Source: a virus. From it: a stretch of 64,000 nt of DNA. Numbering within the stretch: the first letter of the stretch is position 1; each line of letters begins with the position of its first letter. The stretch spans positions 40,075 through 104,074 of the IMG/VR virus record IMGVR_UViG_3300045119_000180. One strand, written 5' to 3'. The position numbers and the translations under genes were made by a program. Shown here piece by piece: positions 1 to 8,510 of this stretch. The notes beneath the pieces are model-generated. The model ran no database searches, was not told the DNA's origin, and was given only the letters and a program-made list of their open reading frames with translations.

Positions 1-50
1 ATAAAGACGATATTAAAATGGTTATAGACTATCATGAACGAAAAGAACGG

Positions 51-80
51 TTGACAAAAATGCCAGACTGGATTTATAGT
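51..80 (+). promoter_or_regulatory. Sigma70-like promoter
   Basis: TTGACA (51-56), 18-nt spacer, TATAGT (75-80), upstream of ATG at 95. Confidence 0.5.
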
Positions 81-94
81 AAGGCGAGATTAAC

Positions 95-670
95 ATGAAA
101 TGTCCACGGTGCGGCATTGGAATCGACGATGACAACGACGGTAATTGTGGTGTGTGCGCAAAGTGGAATGACGCCAAGTTACGCGAGATGACCGGACGCC
201 CGACTCCAGCAGACAAACTAGCAGCGGTGGTCAATAAGTGGCGCAGGAGTGCTCGCAAGGCGGTGAATATAGGCACTGCGGGTGCATACATGGAATGCTT
301 TGAAGATGTTGAACCCATCCTGGCTGAACTCCAGCGAGCGCAGGGGCGAGAATTGCTATACATGGCTGAGTCTGTTAGTCGATTGATTCACGCATGGGAT
401 TTGTTTCACTCACATCTACCCGATGGCGAATACAAAGGGCTAGGAGAAATGCGCATGGCGATTACCTACGCCAAGAAGCACCTGCTCTCCGCGCCCACGC
501 CAGCCGAGCAACAGGAAATAGTCAATGTAGGCGACAGGAAGTTTACGCGCACCCCTAATATCGTGGGAGATTTACAAGAAATTGTTTCAGATGGTTCCAC
601 GCCAGCCGTGCCATTACAAGTTAATTCTGCTGTGCCATTGCAAGTGAATTATGCTAAGGAGAAAGAATAG
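95..670 (+). CDS. Hypothetical phage protein with N-terminal CxxC/CxxC Zn ribbon
   Basis: 191-aa ORF, CPRC...CGVC; short C-terminal AVPLQVN duplication; coupled to the next ORF. Confidence 0.6.
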   Translation: MKCPRCGIGIDDDNDGNCGVCAKWNDAKLREMTGRPTPADKLAAVVNKWRRSARKAVNIGTAGAYMECFEDVEPILAELQRAQGRELLYMAESVSRLIHAWDLFHSHLPDGEYKGLGEMRMAITYAKKHLLSAPTPAEQQEIVNVGDRKFTRTPNIVGDLQEIVSDGSTPAVPLQVNSAVPLQVNYAKEKE

Positions 671-924
671 TGGAAGACGTTAAAGAATTATATCAAGAAC
701 GAATTGGAAAGATGACGAAGCGACAGTTCGCAGCCGAATTAAAACGTACAATTAAATCCGGCCAGCCGAATATAATGAATGGCGGCATCCGTGCGATTAT
801 CGGAAACATTCTTTTAAACGGCAATACAAACGGCAACGATCCTTATTTCAATAATACCGGCAAGCGTCGTGGAGCCGGCAAGGGTACAGGTGGATTGGTC
901 CTTGGTGGTGGAGGGCGCGGTTGA
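670..924 (+). CDS. Hypothetical protein
   Basis: 84-aa ORF with stop/start overlaps on both sides. Confidence 0.55.
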   Translation: MEDVKELYQERIGKMTKRQFAAELKRTIKSGQPNIMNGGIRAIIGNILLNGNTNGNDPYFNNTGKRRGAGKGTGGLVLGGGGRG

Positions 925-1292
925 AACTTCTGTTAGTGTTCTTTCTTTTGCCAACGGTCATATACGGACAGTCAAAGAAAGAATTACTAAAGGTGTATTC
1001 TGAGGCTAATAAAGATTACTTTGAAAATAAGTTGCCTCCGATCAGTATAGTATTTATAAAACATTTACAACAAAATGGTGATAGTCTTATGGCAACGACA
1101 TTCTGTAATGATGCCGGTTGCACAATTGATATAGACCCGGATAAAAACCCTAACACCCGGGTAGCGGTTATGACGCTTTATCATGAAACGTGTCACGTTT
1201 ATCTGTGGGATAAGCAAGCAGGTCACGGAGAAAAGTTCGAAAATTGTATGGTAAGATTGGCTGAATTGGGTGCTTTTGAGGGTTATTGGTGA
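921..1292 (+). CDS. SprT-like zinc metalloprotease with signal peptide
   Basis: HETCH (HExxH) followed by HGEKF; N-terminus MKLLLVFFLLPTVIYG-Q resembles a Sec signal. Confidence 0.7.
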   Translation: MKLLLVFFLLPTVIYGQSKKELLKVYSEANKDYFENKLPPISIVFIKHLQQNGDSLMATTFCNDAGCTIDIDPDKNPNTRVAVMTLYHETCHVYLWDKQAGHGEKFENCMVRLAELGAFEGYW

Positions 1293-1654
1293 TAGATAAG
1301 GTTCGGGCAAGAAGATTAAAAAATTTCTTTAATTTAACTGAAGAAGAGTGGGAACGAATTAGCCGCTATCAAAACGGCGTCTGCGCTATTTCTGGCAAGA
1401 AGCAGAAGAGTGGCAAGAGACTGGCTACAGATCACGATCATAAGAGCGGCATGATCCGCGGGTTGCTGACAGCAGAATCTAACAGACTACTCGGCAAAGT
1501 AGAGCGGCTGTGGACCGTCGATCAAATCAAATTGGTAATTGAATATCTTCTTCATCCGCCGGCCGTCCGCGCTCTAGGAAAGGAAGTATTTACATTTCCA
1601 GGCAGGCTTGGAACGAAAAGGCATAGAAAATGGCTATTAAAAAACAAAAAATAA
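1286..1654 (+). CDS. Endonuclease VII-family nuclease
   Basis: QNGVCAI...LATDHDHKSGMIRGLL...NRLLG EndoVII pattern. Confidence 0.8.
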   Translation: MVIDKVRARRLKNFFNLTEEEWERISRYQNGVCAISGKKQKSGKRLATDHDHKSGMIRGLLTAESNRLLGKVERLWTVDQIKLVIEYLLHPPAVRALGKEVFTFPGRLGTKRHRKWLLKNKK

Positions 1655-1759
1655 ACTTAAATAAACATCCGTTCAGTAAATCGTTAATCAAGTGGGATAA
1701 AGATTGGCGTGCTTTTTTGGCTAACAAAACCGAATTGAAGAAATCTAACTGATGAAAAC

Positions 1760-1795
1760 TAGTGCCTGTATCTAGCCGTCTAATAGAGGCCAAAT
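1760..1795 (+). promoter_or_regulatory. 36-bp conserved motif, copy 1 (putative phage promoter/operator)
   Basis: TAGTGCCTGTATCTAGCCGTCTAATAGAGGCCAAAT; 33/36 identical to 14241-14276; runs into the ATG at 1794. Confidence 0.7.
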
Positions 1796-2519
1796 GTCAA
1801 AGATCCTACTCATAGATATTGAAACATCGCCCTCGTTAGGCTGGGTCTGGTCAAAATGGGAGACTAACGTAATTGATTTCGAGCAAGATTGGTACATTTT
1901 GTCATTTGGTTATAAATGGCTAGGCGAAAAGAAAGTAACGGTTTTCGGGTTGGATGACTTTAACGGCTATAAAAAAGATCCAGAAAACGACAAAAATCTT
2001 ATAAATATGCTGTGGACGCTTTTGGACGAGGCGGATGTCATAATTGCTCATAACGGCGACCGATTTGATATTCCAAAAATCAACACTCGCTTCTTGACGC
2101 ATAAACTGAATCCGCCTAGTCCATACAAGACTATTGATACGCTGAAGATTGCCAGGTCAGTCTTTAAGTTCGATAGCAACAAGCTGGACGACCTAGGCAG
2201 GTATCTAAGTATCGGCCGTAAGCTTCCACATACTGGCTTTCATCTTTGGAAGGGCTGTATGTCCGGCGATAAAGCATCGTGGAAATTGATGAAGAAATAT
2301 AATAGTAATGATGTTGAATTACTCGAAAAAGTGTATTATATTATGCGAAGTTGGGCAAAGAATCATCCAGCTATTAATCAAGGTCTGTCGGAATGCTGTC
2401 CGAAGTGTCAGAGTCAAAAGGTTCAACGCCGCGGTTTTGATTACACACTTCAGCGTAAGAAGCAGCGGTACGTATGCACGGATTGTCATGGTTGGTTTCA
2501 AGGGCCGGCAACGAAATGA
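1794..2519 (+). CDS. RNase H-like (DnaQ-fold) 3'-5' exonuclease with C-terminal Zn ribbon
   Basis: IDIETS, AHNGDRFD, YNSNDV exonuclease motifs; CPKC...CTDC. Confidence 0.8.
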   Translation: MSKILLIDIETSPSLGWVWSKWETNVIDFEQDWYILSFGYKWLGEKKVTVFGLDDFNGYKKDPENDKNLINMLWTLLDEADVIIAHNGDRFDIPKINTRFLTHKLNPPSPYKTIDTLKIARSVFKFDSNKLDDLGRYLSIGRKLPHTGFHLWKGCMSGDKASWKLMKKYNSNDVELLEKVYYIMRSWAKNHPAINQGLSECCPKCQSQKVQRRGFDYTLQRKKQRYVCTDCHGWFQGPATK

Positions 2520-2743
2520 AAAAGTGGACTCGAATCAAAGATAAAAAGGAAAACAAATATTTAAAGGTGTATGAATCTGATCAAGGCGACTATAAAATTA
2601 TTTATCCGAAAGCACCGAAGTGGGCACAGAAAGTCGCATACGAGATTTGGAAAGACGCCAACAACGGCGTTCCGTATAAAAAAGGCGTCAAGACTATAGT
2701 TAAGGGGTTGTGGGCGAAAATGATTGCAGAGGCGGCAAAGTAA
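2516..2743 (+). CDS. Hypothetical protein
   Basis: ATGA overlap start at 2516 (MKKWTRIK), TAATG coupling at end. Confidence 0.55.
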   Translation: MKKWTRIKDKKENKYLKVYESDQGDYKIIYPKAPKWAQKVAYEIWKDANNGVPYKKGVKTIVKGLWAKMIAEAAK

Positions 2744-3168
2744 TGGCTTCATTTGATACAGGCGCAACGAGAAACGACGACATCGAGAAGTACGATTACG
2801 CGGGCTTTCTGTCCTCGTTGGTAATTGAGAGATACGCAAAGTATATGCACCTGCATCGCCGTCAGCACGATGGCACATTGAGAGCGTCAGACAACTGGAA
2901 ACTAGGAATCCCGATGTCCCGGTATATGCAAAGCCTTTGGAGGCATTTTTTCGACGTTTATAAGATCTATGAAGGCGGTACGGCGATCGATCCTGATAGC
3001 GGCGAGAAGGTAGATCTCGAGACGGCGTTGTGCGGTGTCCTATTCAATACTAACGGCCTTTTGCACGAGGCTATAAAGGGGCGTAAAACAACCGCTGCTA
3101 TAGATGAACTGTATGTGTCTGAGTTGAAGGCTAATATTGCTAAACAGCAAGGGCACTGCTCAAAGTGA
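2743..3168 (+). CDS. dATP/dGTP diphosphohydrolase-like protein (DUF5664 type)
   Basis: FDTGATR...DNWKLGIP...SLWRH pattern; start at TAATG 2743. Confidence 0.7.
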   Translation: MASFDTGATRNDDIEKYDYAGFLSSLVIERYAKYMHLHRRQHDGTLRASDNWKLGIPMSRYMQSLWRHFFDVYKIYEGGTAIDPDSGEKVDLETALCGVLFNTNGLLHEAIKGRKTTAAIDELYVSELKANIAKQQGHCSK

Positions 3169-3779
3169 AAACGACGATTTCATTCGACATCGACGGCGTA
3201 TTGGCAAGGTTTGACAAAGCCTTCGTCGCTGTCATTAACGACCTTTTCGATAAGAACCTTCCGGCAGATTACTCGCCGAATTCATGGGAATATTCGGAGG
3301 TGCTAACGCTTGATGAAATGGATCAGGCATTCAAGAAAATTAAAACAATACGGAATTTCTGGCACAAATTAGAACATTACGACAAAAATATAGATTCGCT
3401 ACAACGTTTCCTTCACGACGAATGTCATCATTACGATGTGTATTACATTACGTCGCGGATGGATACCGAAGGCGAATCAGCGCTTGGTCAGACCGCCGAG
3501 TGGCTTATAGATCGTGATCTATTGCTTTACAATACGTCGCTGTTGGTGGTTAGGGATCCTAAAGAAAAGAATCACATTCTTCGAGGGTTGAACGTCAAAT
3601 TCAGTATTGATGACTACCTTCCTACAGTGATTCAATCCGCGGCTATCCCTAATCACCAGGCGTATTTGCTAAATCGAAGTTGGAATAGAACCGGTCGACC
3701 GGATGATGTCCCAGTTGTAAATACGGTAAGAGAGTATCTCGAGGAGATTCGAGCTTCTAAGGGGGTTTTATCCCAGTAA
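3165..3779 (+). CDS. HAD-family 5'(3')-deoxyribonucleotidase
   Basis: FDIDGVL motif I, ITSR motif II, IDD motif IV, RSWNR tail. Confidence 0.8.
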   Translation: MKTTISFDIDGVLARFDKAFVAVINDLFDKNLPADYSPNSWEYSEVLTLDEMDQAFKKIKTIRNFWHKLEHYDKNIDSLQRFLHDECHHYDVYYITSRMDTEGESALGQTAEWLIDRDLLLYNTSLLVVRDPKEKNHILRGLNVKFSIDDYLPTVIQSAAIPNHQAYLLNRSWNRTGRPDDVPVVNTVREYLEEIRASKGVLSQ

Positions 3780-3781
3780 TT

Positions 3782-4489
3782 TTGAGTTTCGACACGGAGA
3801 CGACCGGCTTGGATTCTGAAAAGGATCATATTGTAGAGGTGGGCGCGATTTTGTACAGTACGGGCATGAAGCGCCAGCTTGAGGCCGCCAGCTGGCTTGT
3901 GAAGACTCCTAACACGATTACAGAAGAGATTACGGGCATTACTGGTTTAACAAACGCCGCCGTTGCTAAGTTTGGCTACGCAAGCGAGGATGCTTTAGAT
4001 TCGCTGTTGTGGATGGCTGAACGCGCGGATTATTGGATTGGCCAGAATGTCATCAGGTTTGACAAAAGGTTTCTAGAAGCGTGGTGCAAGCGGCACGGTA
4101 AAGAATTGAAAGAGAAGCTGTGGATTGATACGCGAACGGATCTGCCGAACACTGAAAGCAAGCATCTTGGTTATATGGCCGCGGATAAAGGGTTCCTGAA
4201 CCTCTTCCCGCACTCGGCATTGGCTGACTGCCAGACGGTATTGAAGCTGACTGAATTTTATAACTTCGATGAAATTCTAGAACGTGCTAAACAGCAAAGC
4301 GTAGTAGTTAGAAGCCATCAGAAGTTCGAAGACAACGAACTGGCAAAGAAGCTAAAGTTTCGTTGGGTTAGTACATTAAAGGTTTGGGCTAAGGACTGCA
4401 AAGAAGGCGATATTACCGATTTGCAAGCCGTAGCACCATTTAAAGTAACAATCGAAAAAGATATACCATTAGAAGCAATTTGGTATTAA
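3782..4489 (+). CDS. DnaQ/epsilon-like 3'-5' exonuclease
   Basis: FDTETTG, N..RFD, HSALAD (DEDDh); true start uncertain (TTG 3782 or ATT 3779). Confidence 0.85.
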   Translation: MSFDTETTGLDSEKDHIVEVGAILYSTGMKRQLEAASWLVKTPNTITEEITGITGLTNAAVAKFGYASEDALDSLLWMAERADYWIGQNVIRFDKRFLEAWCKRHGKELKEKLWIDTRTDLPNTESKHLGYMAADKGFLNLFPHSALADCQTVLKLTEFYNFDEILERAKQQSVVVRSHQKFEDNELAKKLKFRWVSTLKVWAKDCKEGDITDLQAVAPFKVTIEKDIPLEAIWY

Positions 4490-4500
4490 AAAAGGATAAA

Positions 4501-4698
4501 ATGACAAAAAAAGTAGATAATTTGCCGAAGACGATTCACGTTGTTATAAGTCAAAAAGGGACTAAAGATGAGTGTTTTTTGGCAGACACGAATCTTCAGT
4601 CTTTGGTTTCCTCTGCGGATGAAAGTCCGGCTGTTGTAGGGACATATCAACTGGTAAATCAAACAAAGTGGGAAGAATCCGTGCAGGAGGTACGATAG
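4501..4698 (+). CDS. Hypothetical protein
   Basis: AAGGA SD then ATG 4501; fills the gap in the operon. Confidence 0.55.
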   Translation: MTKKVDNLPKTIHVVISQKGTKDECFLADTNLQSLVSSADESPAVVGTYQLVNQTKWEESVQEVR

Positions 4699-5223
4699 AT
4701 GACGACATATAATACAAACACAGGTAAGGACTTTGAAGTTCCTAATACTGGCAACTTTCAAGGTGTAATCGTAGACGTATTTAAACGCGAGAAGGTTCAG
4801 ACAGAATATGGCGTTCAGGATAGAGTTACAATTGTTTGGTTTCTAAACGCCGTAGATTCAGACGGCCGGCCTTTCCGAGCGATTAGCGACGTTAACGCCA
4901 AGATTTCTGCTATCCCCGGCCGTAAGAAGTCGGGTTTTTATGAATTGCTTGAACAGATCTTCGGCGTGCCGCCAGGCGCTACTTTCGAGGACGAAACACT
5001 TATAGGGATTAGCCGCAACCTTTTCATTATGAAGGAAAAGGGCCGGAAGGATCCTACAAAGTGGTTCGGAAATATCAAGGGTATTACTCCTCTGACTCCT
5101 GACCAGACACCTATGACCGTTCCTGCCGGCTTTGTCCGCGCAAAGGATAAGCAACAGCCTGGACGATCGGTTTCGCCGGCTGTCATTCCACAAGCCGTAG
5201 CAGTGGGCGACGAACAGTTTTAG
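4699..5223 (+). CDS. Putative OB-fold single-stranded DNA-binding protein
   Basis: DFEVP..G.FQGVIVDV beta-rich core, flexible tail ending GDEQF; GGAGG SD; replication context. Confidence 0.55.
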   Translation: MTTYNTNTGKDFEVPNTGNFQGVIVDVFKREKVQTEYGVQDRVTIVWFLNAVDSDGRPFRAISDVNAKISAIPGRKKSGFYELLEQIFGVPPGATFEDETLIGISRNLFIMKEKGRKDPTKWFGNIKGITPLTPDQTPMTVPAGFVRAKDKQQPGRSVSPAVIPQAVAVGDEQF

Positions 5224-5308
5224 AGATTCCGAGTTCGAATCTCGGGCGTAGACGGCCTACGTAGTTCCAGGGAGCACTGGAACAGAGAGTTTGAATCTCT
5301 CAGCCGTT
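5223..5308 (+). ncRNA. tRNA-like four-hairpin structured element
   Basis: CCGAG-TTCGAAT-CTCGG, GCGTAG-ACGGC-CTACGT, GTTCCAG-GGAGCA-CTGGAAC, GAGAG-TTTGAAT-CTCTC; not a canonical cloverleaf order. Confidence 0.5.
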
Positions 5309-5313
5309 TTATC

Positions 5314-5335
5314 ACTTCCCAAGGAGTTCTTTTTT
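5314..5335 (+). terminator. Possible weak intrinsic terminator
   Basis: ACTTCC-CAA-GGAGT (bulged) followed by TCTTTTTT. Confidence 0.3.
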
Positions 5336-5350
5336 AACTGACTAAATTAA

Positions 5351-5965
5351 ATGGCTATTATAGGGTGTCATCTTCCTTTATCTGTCCGTATAAAACTACG
5401 GGCAATAAGAAAGGAAAGAGGTGAGTGTACTTGGTGCGGTGCTGAAGTAGAAGGAGATTTGAGAAATAGAGTAACCGGAAAGTTGAGAACGATGTGCCGT
5501 AAGTGTCTTCGTGATAATGCGGACAAGTTAGCTCGATATAGGCAAATTCGTCACTCTAAAGGTTTATGTGAAAGATGCGGTAAGAATCCTCCTAAGCCAA
5601 GCCTTAAAAACTGTATAGAGTGTACGGAAAAAGTGCGCTTCTATTCTAAAAAGCACCAAGACGCAACATTTTTTGAGAAACGAGCTAGAGTCGGCGGGAT
5701 GCAGTATTCGGTAGCCAGCGCAAAAATGTTGTGGTCTCTTTGGAAAGAGCAAAGAGGCCGCTGCGCTTTAACGGGCGAAAGATTGACAAGAACGAATAGT
5801 CAATTAGACCATATATTTCCAGTATCTAAAGGCGGTTCAAACGAGCGTTCAAATTTACGTTGGCTTTTAGCAGAAGTAAATCAGGCTAAAAGAGCTTTAA
5901 CAGACGATGAGTTCTTATTGTTGTGCAAACGCGTAGTCGATTGGGCGGAAAGAAATCGGAGTTAA
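5351..5965 (+). CDS. HNH endonuclease with N-terminal Zn-ribbon repeats
   Basis: Four CxxC pairs, then QRGRCALTG...LDHIFPVSKGGSN..SNL...VNQAK. Confidence 0.85.
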   Translation: MAIIGCHLPLSVRIKLRAIRKERGECTWCGAEVEGDLRNRVTGKLRTMCRKCLRDNADKLARYRQIRHSKGLCERCGKNPPKPSLKNCIECTEKVRFYSKKHQDATFFEKRARVGGMQYSVASAKMLWSLWKEQRGRCALTGERLTRTNSQLDHIFPVSKGGSNERSNLRWLLAEVNQAKRALTDDEFLLLCKRVVDWAERNRS

Positions 5966-5966
5966 C

Positions 5967-8000
5967 TTGACCTTTCTCGAGATAGCCAAACCTTTAACAG
6001 CCCGCGGGATTCCAGTTATACCGCTACGACCAAGAACCAAAATCGCGTTACTAGACGATTGGCAAAACCGAGCGACTACCGACGAATCTCAAATTCAGTT
6101 GTGGCACGAAGAGTACCCGGAGGCTAATGGTGCGGTGGTAGCTATCGCTGTTAGTACCGGATTCTGGTTTTTGGAGGTGGATAGCCATGAAGTCGTCCCG
6201 CGTATTGAAAAAGAAACAGGCCAGAAGTTCCCGGAAACCTTTGCGGTCAGATCGTCACCGGGAAAAAGCCATTTCTACTTCAGACAGTCAACAGCTAGTA
6301 TGCGAATGGGCAACATTGCTCAGACTAAAGAGAGCGGTTGGTCCGCAAGGGTGGACAGATCTTATTGCGTTAGCCCGGGAAGCGTCCACCCGATTACAGG
6401 ACTTTGCTACGAAGTTAAAAACTCAGCAGAAATCGTCGAAGCGCCAGAATGGCTAATCGAGTGGCTTAAAAACCAACGCATCGAAAAGAAATCCGTTCAG
6501 CCAGACGAAGATCAGCATTTTTATTCCGGTAGCCGTAACGTCCATCTAGCCAGCCGCGCTGGTAAGATGCGCAACGCAGGCATGAGCCAAACGGAGATTG
6601 AGAATACGCTGTTGCGTATGAACCAGGATCTTTGTCATCCGCCGCTAGATGAAAACGAAGTTCGCGTAATTGCTGGAAGTATCTCGAGATACGACATTCC
6701 ACGTGAAACGGTCCTGTTACATGGCGGCGTTCCGGTCAACGGTAATGGAGGCGTGGCCGTACAGACGGCGGTAGAGGCGCCGCAGCATCAAAGTGCCATT
6801 ATTCCTTATCCGGTCTTCCCGGATTGGGTTATGTCCGGAACGTCGCTTTACGAAGGTTTTATCAAACCTATTTGCGATATTAATAGCCGGTATCCCAGCT
6901 TTATGTTCATGCCGGCTGTCGCGCTGATGCTGAACTACCTTGGTACACGCATTACGATTGAGTACAAGCCAAATAAGCCTAATATCTTTCTCGTTCTGAT
7001 CGGCAGGCGTGGCAGAACAATGAAGTCGGCCAGCGTAGAAGACGCTTTGCATTACTTCGAACAAGCCGGATTGCTAGCGCATGGCGGTCCTGGAATAGCC
7101 AATGCAGGCGGCAAAATGCTCGTCTGGACGCCCGGTTCACCTGAAGGCTTTGGTTTAGAGATGGCCAGGACGAACTGTAAGAACGGTGTTATCTATTACG
7201 ATGAATTGTCAACGTTGACCAGCAAGGCCGGTATTGAGAATAGCGGACTAGCTAGCCGACTATTACAGCTTTACGAATCCGCAAAGTTCCAGAACGTCGT
7301 TAAGTCAAAGAAGGAAACGTTTGGTTTAGAGCCTAAGACGTATTGCGCGTGTCTTCTAGCCTGTTCAACGGATAAGAACTTTCAAAAGGATTGGGCGAAG
7401 ATGTCCGCGGGCAGTTCCGGACTGGACGATCGAATGTTCTTTCTTCTGCAGCCTGAAACGCTCAAGGAACTCACTCCGTACAAGGCTGTTTGTGTTCAGG
7501 AAGGCGCCCTCGAGACTCGAAGGTTGATTGACAAGGCTATTGACCAACAGCACTTTAAATTCTCAGATGAGATGGTTCTGCAGGCGGCTAGTAAGCGGCT
7601 AGGCAACCGAGCCTTTATCCGTGTAGAGAAGCTGGCTATTTACTTCGCTGTCGATCTAGGTCGAGATGAACTAGATTCAGATTGTTGCGAACGCGCACTT
7701 GCGGTTTGCGAGTACGAACAGTCTGTCAAGAAATATCTAAAAACGTTTGAAGGCGTTACGAAAGAGAGTTTGCTACAACAAGAAATTATGTTTAGGGTGA
7801 GGCAAAGCCCAGAAGGATTAACTGTTAGAGATATTAATAGGGTTCTACATCCCAAACGCTACGGCACCAGCCTATGGAAGACAGCTTATTATGGCCTTCT
7901 TAACATGGGCTGGTTGGCCGAGATCGGAGATGGAACTAAATCGTCGCCACGCAGACTGATATCTTTATTGGCCGCCGAAGACGATGAGGATGAAGATTAA
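5967..8000 (+). CDS. Bifunctional primase-polymerase with PriCT-1 and C-terminal helicase-like domain
   Basis: IPVIPL..TK, HFYF, PGSVHP.TG..Y prim-pol motifs; GSRN..L...AG...CHPPL..EV PriCT-1; degenerate P-loop GRRGRTMKS and YYDE. Confidence 0.85.
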   Translation: MTFLEIAKPLTARGIPVIPLRPRTKIALLDDWQNRATTDESQIQLWHEEYPEANGAVVAIAVSTGFWFLEVDSHEVVPRIEKETGQKFPETFAVRSSPGKSHFYFRQSTASMRMGNIAQTKESGWSARVDRSYCVSPGSVHPITGLCYEVKNSAEIVEAPEWLIEWLKNQRIEKKSVQPDEDQHFYSGSRNVHLASRAGKMRNAGMSQTEIENTLLRMNQDLCHPPLDENEVRVIAGSISRYDIPRETVLLHGGVPVNGNGGVAVQTAVEAPQHQSAIIPYPVFPDWVMSGTSLYEGFIKPICDINSRYPSFMFMPAVALMLNYLGTRITIEYKPNKPNIFLVLIGRRGRTMKSASVEDALHYFEQAGLLAHGGPGIANAGGKMLVWTPGSPEGFGLEMARTNCKNGVIYYDELSTLTSKAGIENSGLASRLLQLYESAKFQNVVKSKKETFGLEPKTYCACLLACSTDKNFQKDWAKMSAGSSGLDDRMFFLLQPETLKELTPYKAVCVQEGALETRRLIDKAIDQQHFKFSDEMVLQAASKRLGNRAFIRVEKLAIYFAVDLGRDELDSDCCERALAVCEYEQSVKKYLKTFEGVTKESLLQQEIMFRVRQSPEGLTVRDINRVLHPKRYGTSLWKTAYYGLLNMGWLAEIGDGTKSSPRRLISLLAAEDDEDED

Positions 8001-8510
8001 TTGAAGCCGGAGATTAAGAGAAATAAATGGGGTGTTCGTATTTGTGAGCACAACAGATTACAATATCGATGCAAAGAATGTGACGGAAGTCTAATTTGTG
8101 AGCATAATAGACGACGAAATGATTGCATAGAATGCGGCGGTGCTTCAATCTGTGAGCACAAAAGACATCGAAATCGTTGTAAAGAGTGTCGCCCTTTAGG
8201 TTGGGCTAAAGTTAAATTGAAACAGATGCGTCAACGTTCTCGAAAAGGTGGATACAAAATCCCTGATATAACACCAGAGAGAATTTTGTTGCTTAGCACA
8301 AAAAAGAACTGCCTTATGTGTCATTTGCCTTTTACGTTAAACAACAACCCGTCTTGTCTTCATCATAATCACGAGACCGGTGAAGTTTACGGGTTCGCTC
8401 ATAGGGATTGTAATCGAATGGAGGGTTTTTTCGGTAAATTGACTACGGCTCAGCAGGTTCGTTTTTTACAGACTCAATTCCCGGATGTCGTCAAGGCACT
8501 TAGAAAATGA
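8001..8510 (+). CDS. EndoVII-like homing endonuclease with CEH zinc-finger repeats
   Basis: Three ICEH-x6-CxxC repeats, then CLMC...HHNHETGEVYG.AH..CN. Confidence 0.7.
   Translation: MKPEIKRNKWGVRICEHNRLQYRCKECDGSLICEHNRRRNDCIECGGASICEHKRHRNRCKECRPLGWAKVKLKQMRQRSRKGGYKIPDITPERILLLSTKKNCLMCHLPFTLNNNPSCLHHNHETGEVYGFAHRDCNRMEGFFGKLTTAQQVRFLQTQFPDVVKALRK

Noticed and set aside
2743-3779. 2-aminoadenine (Z-genome) system
   Set aside because: No PurZ or HD-domain dATPase recognised in the window
5223-5308. Canonical tRNA-Ser(TGA) or tRNA-Sec on either strand
   Set aside because: Arms are not in acceptor-D-anticodon-T order and there is no free acceptor end; kept only as a tRNA-like element
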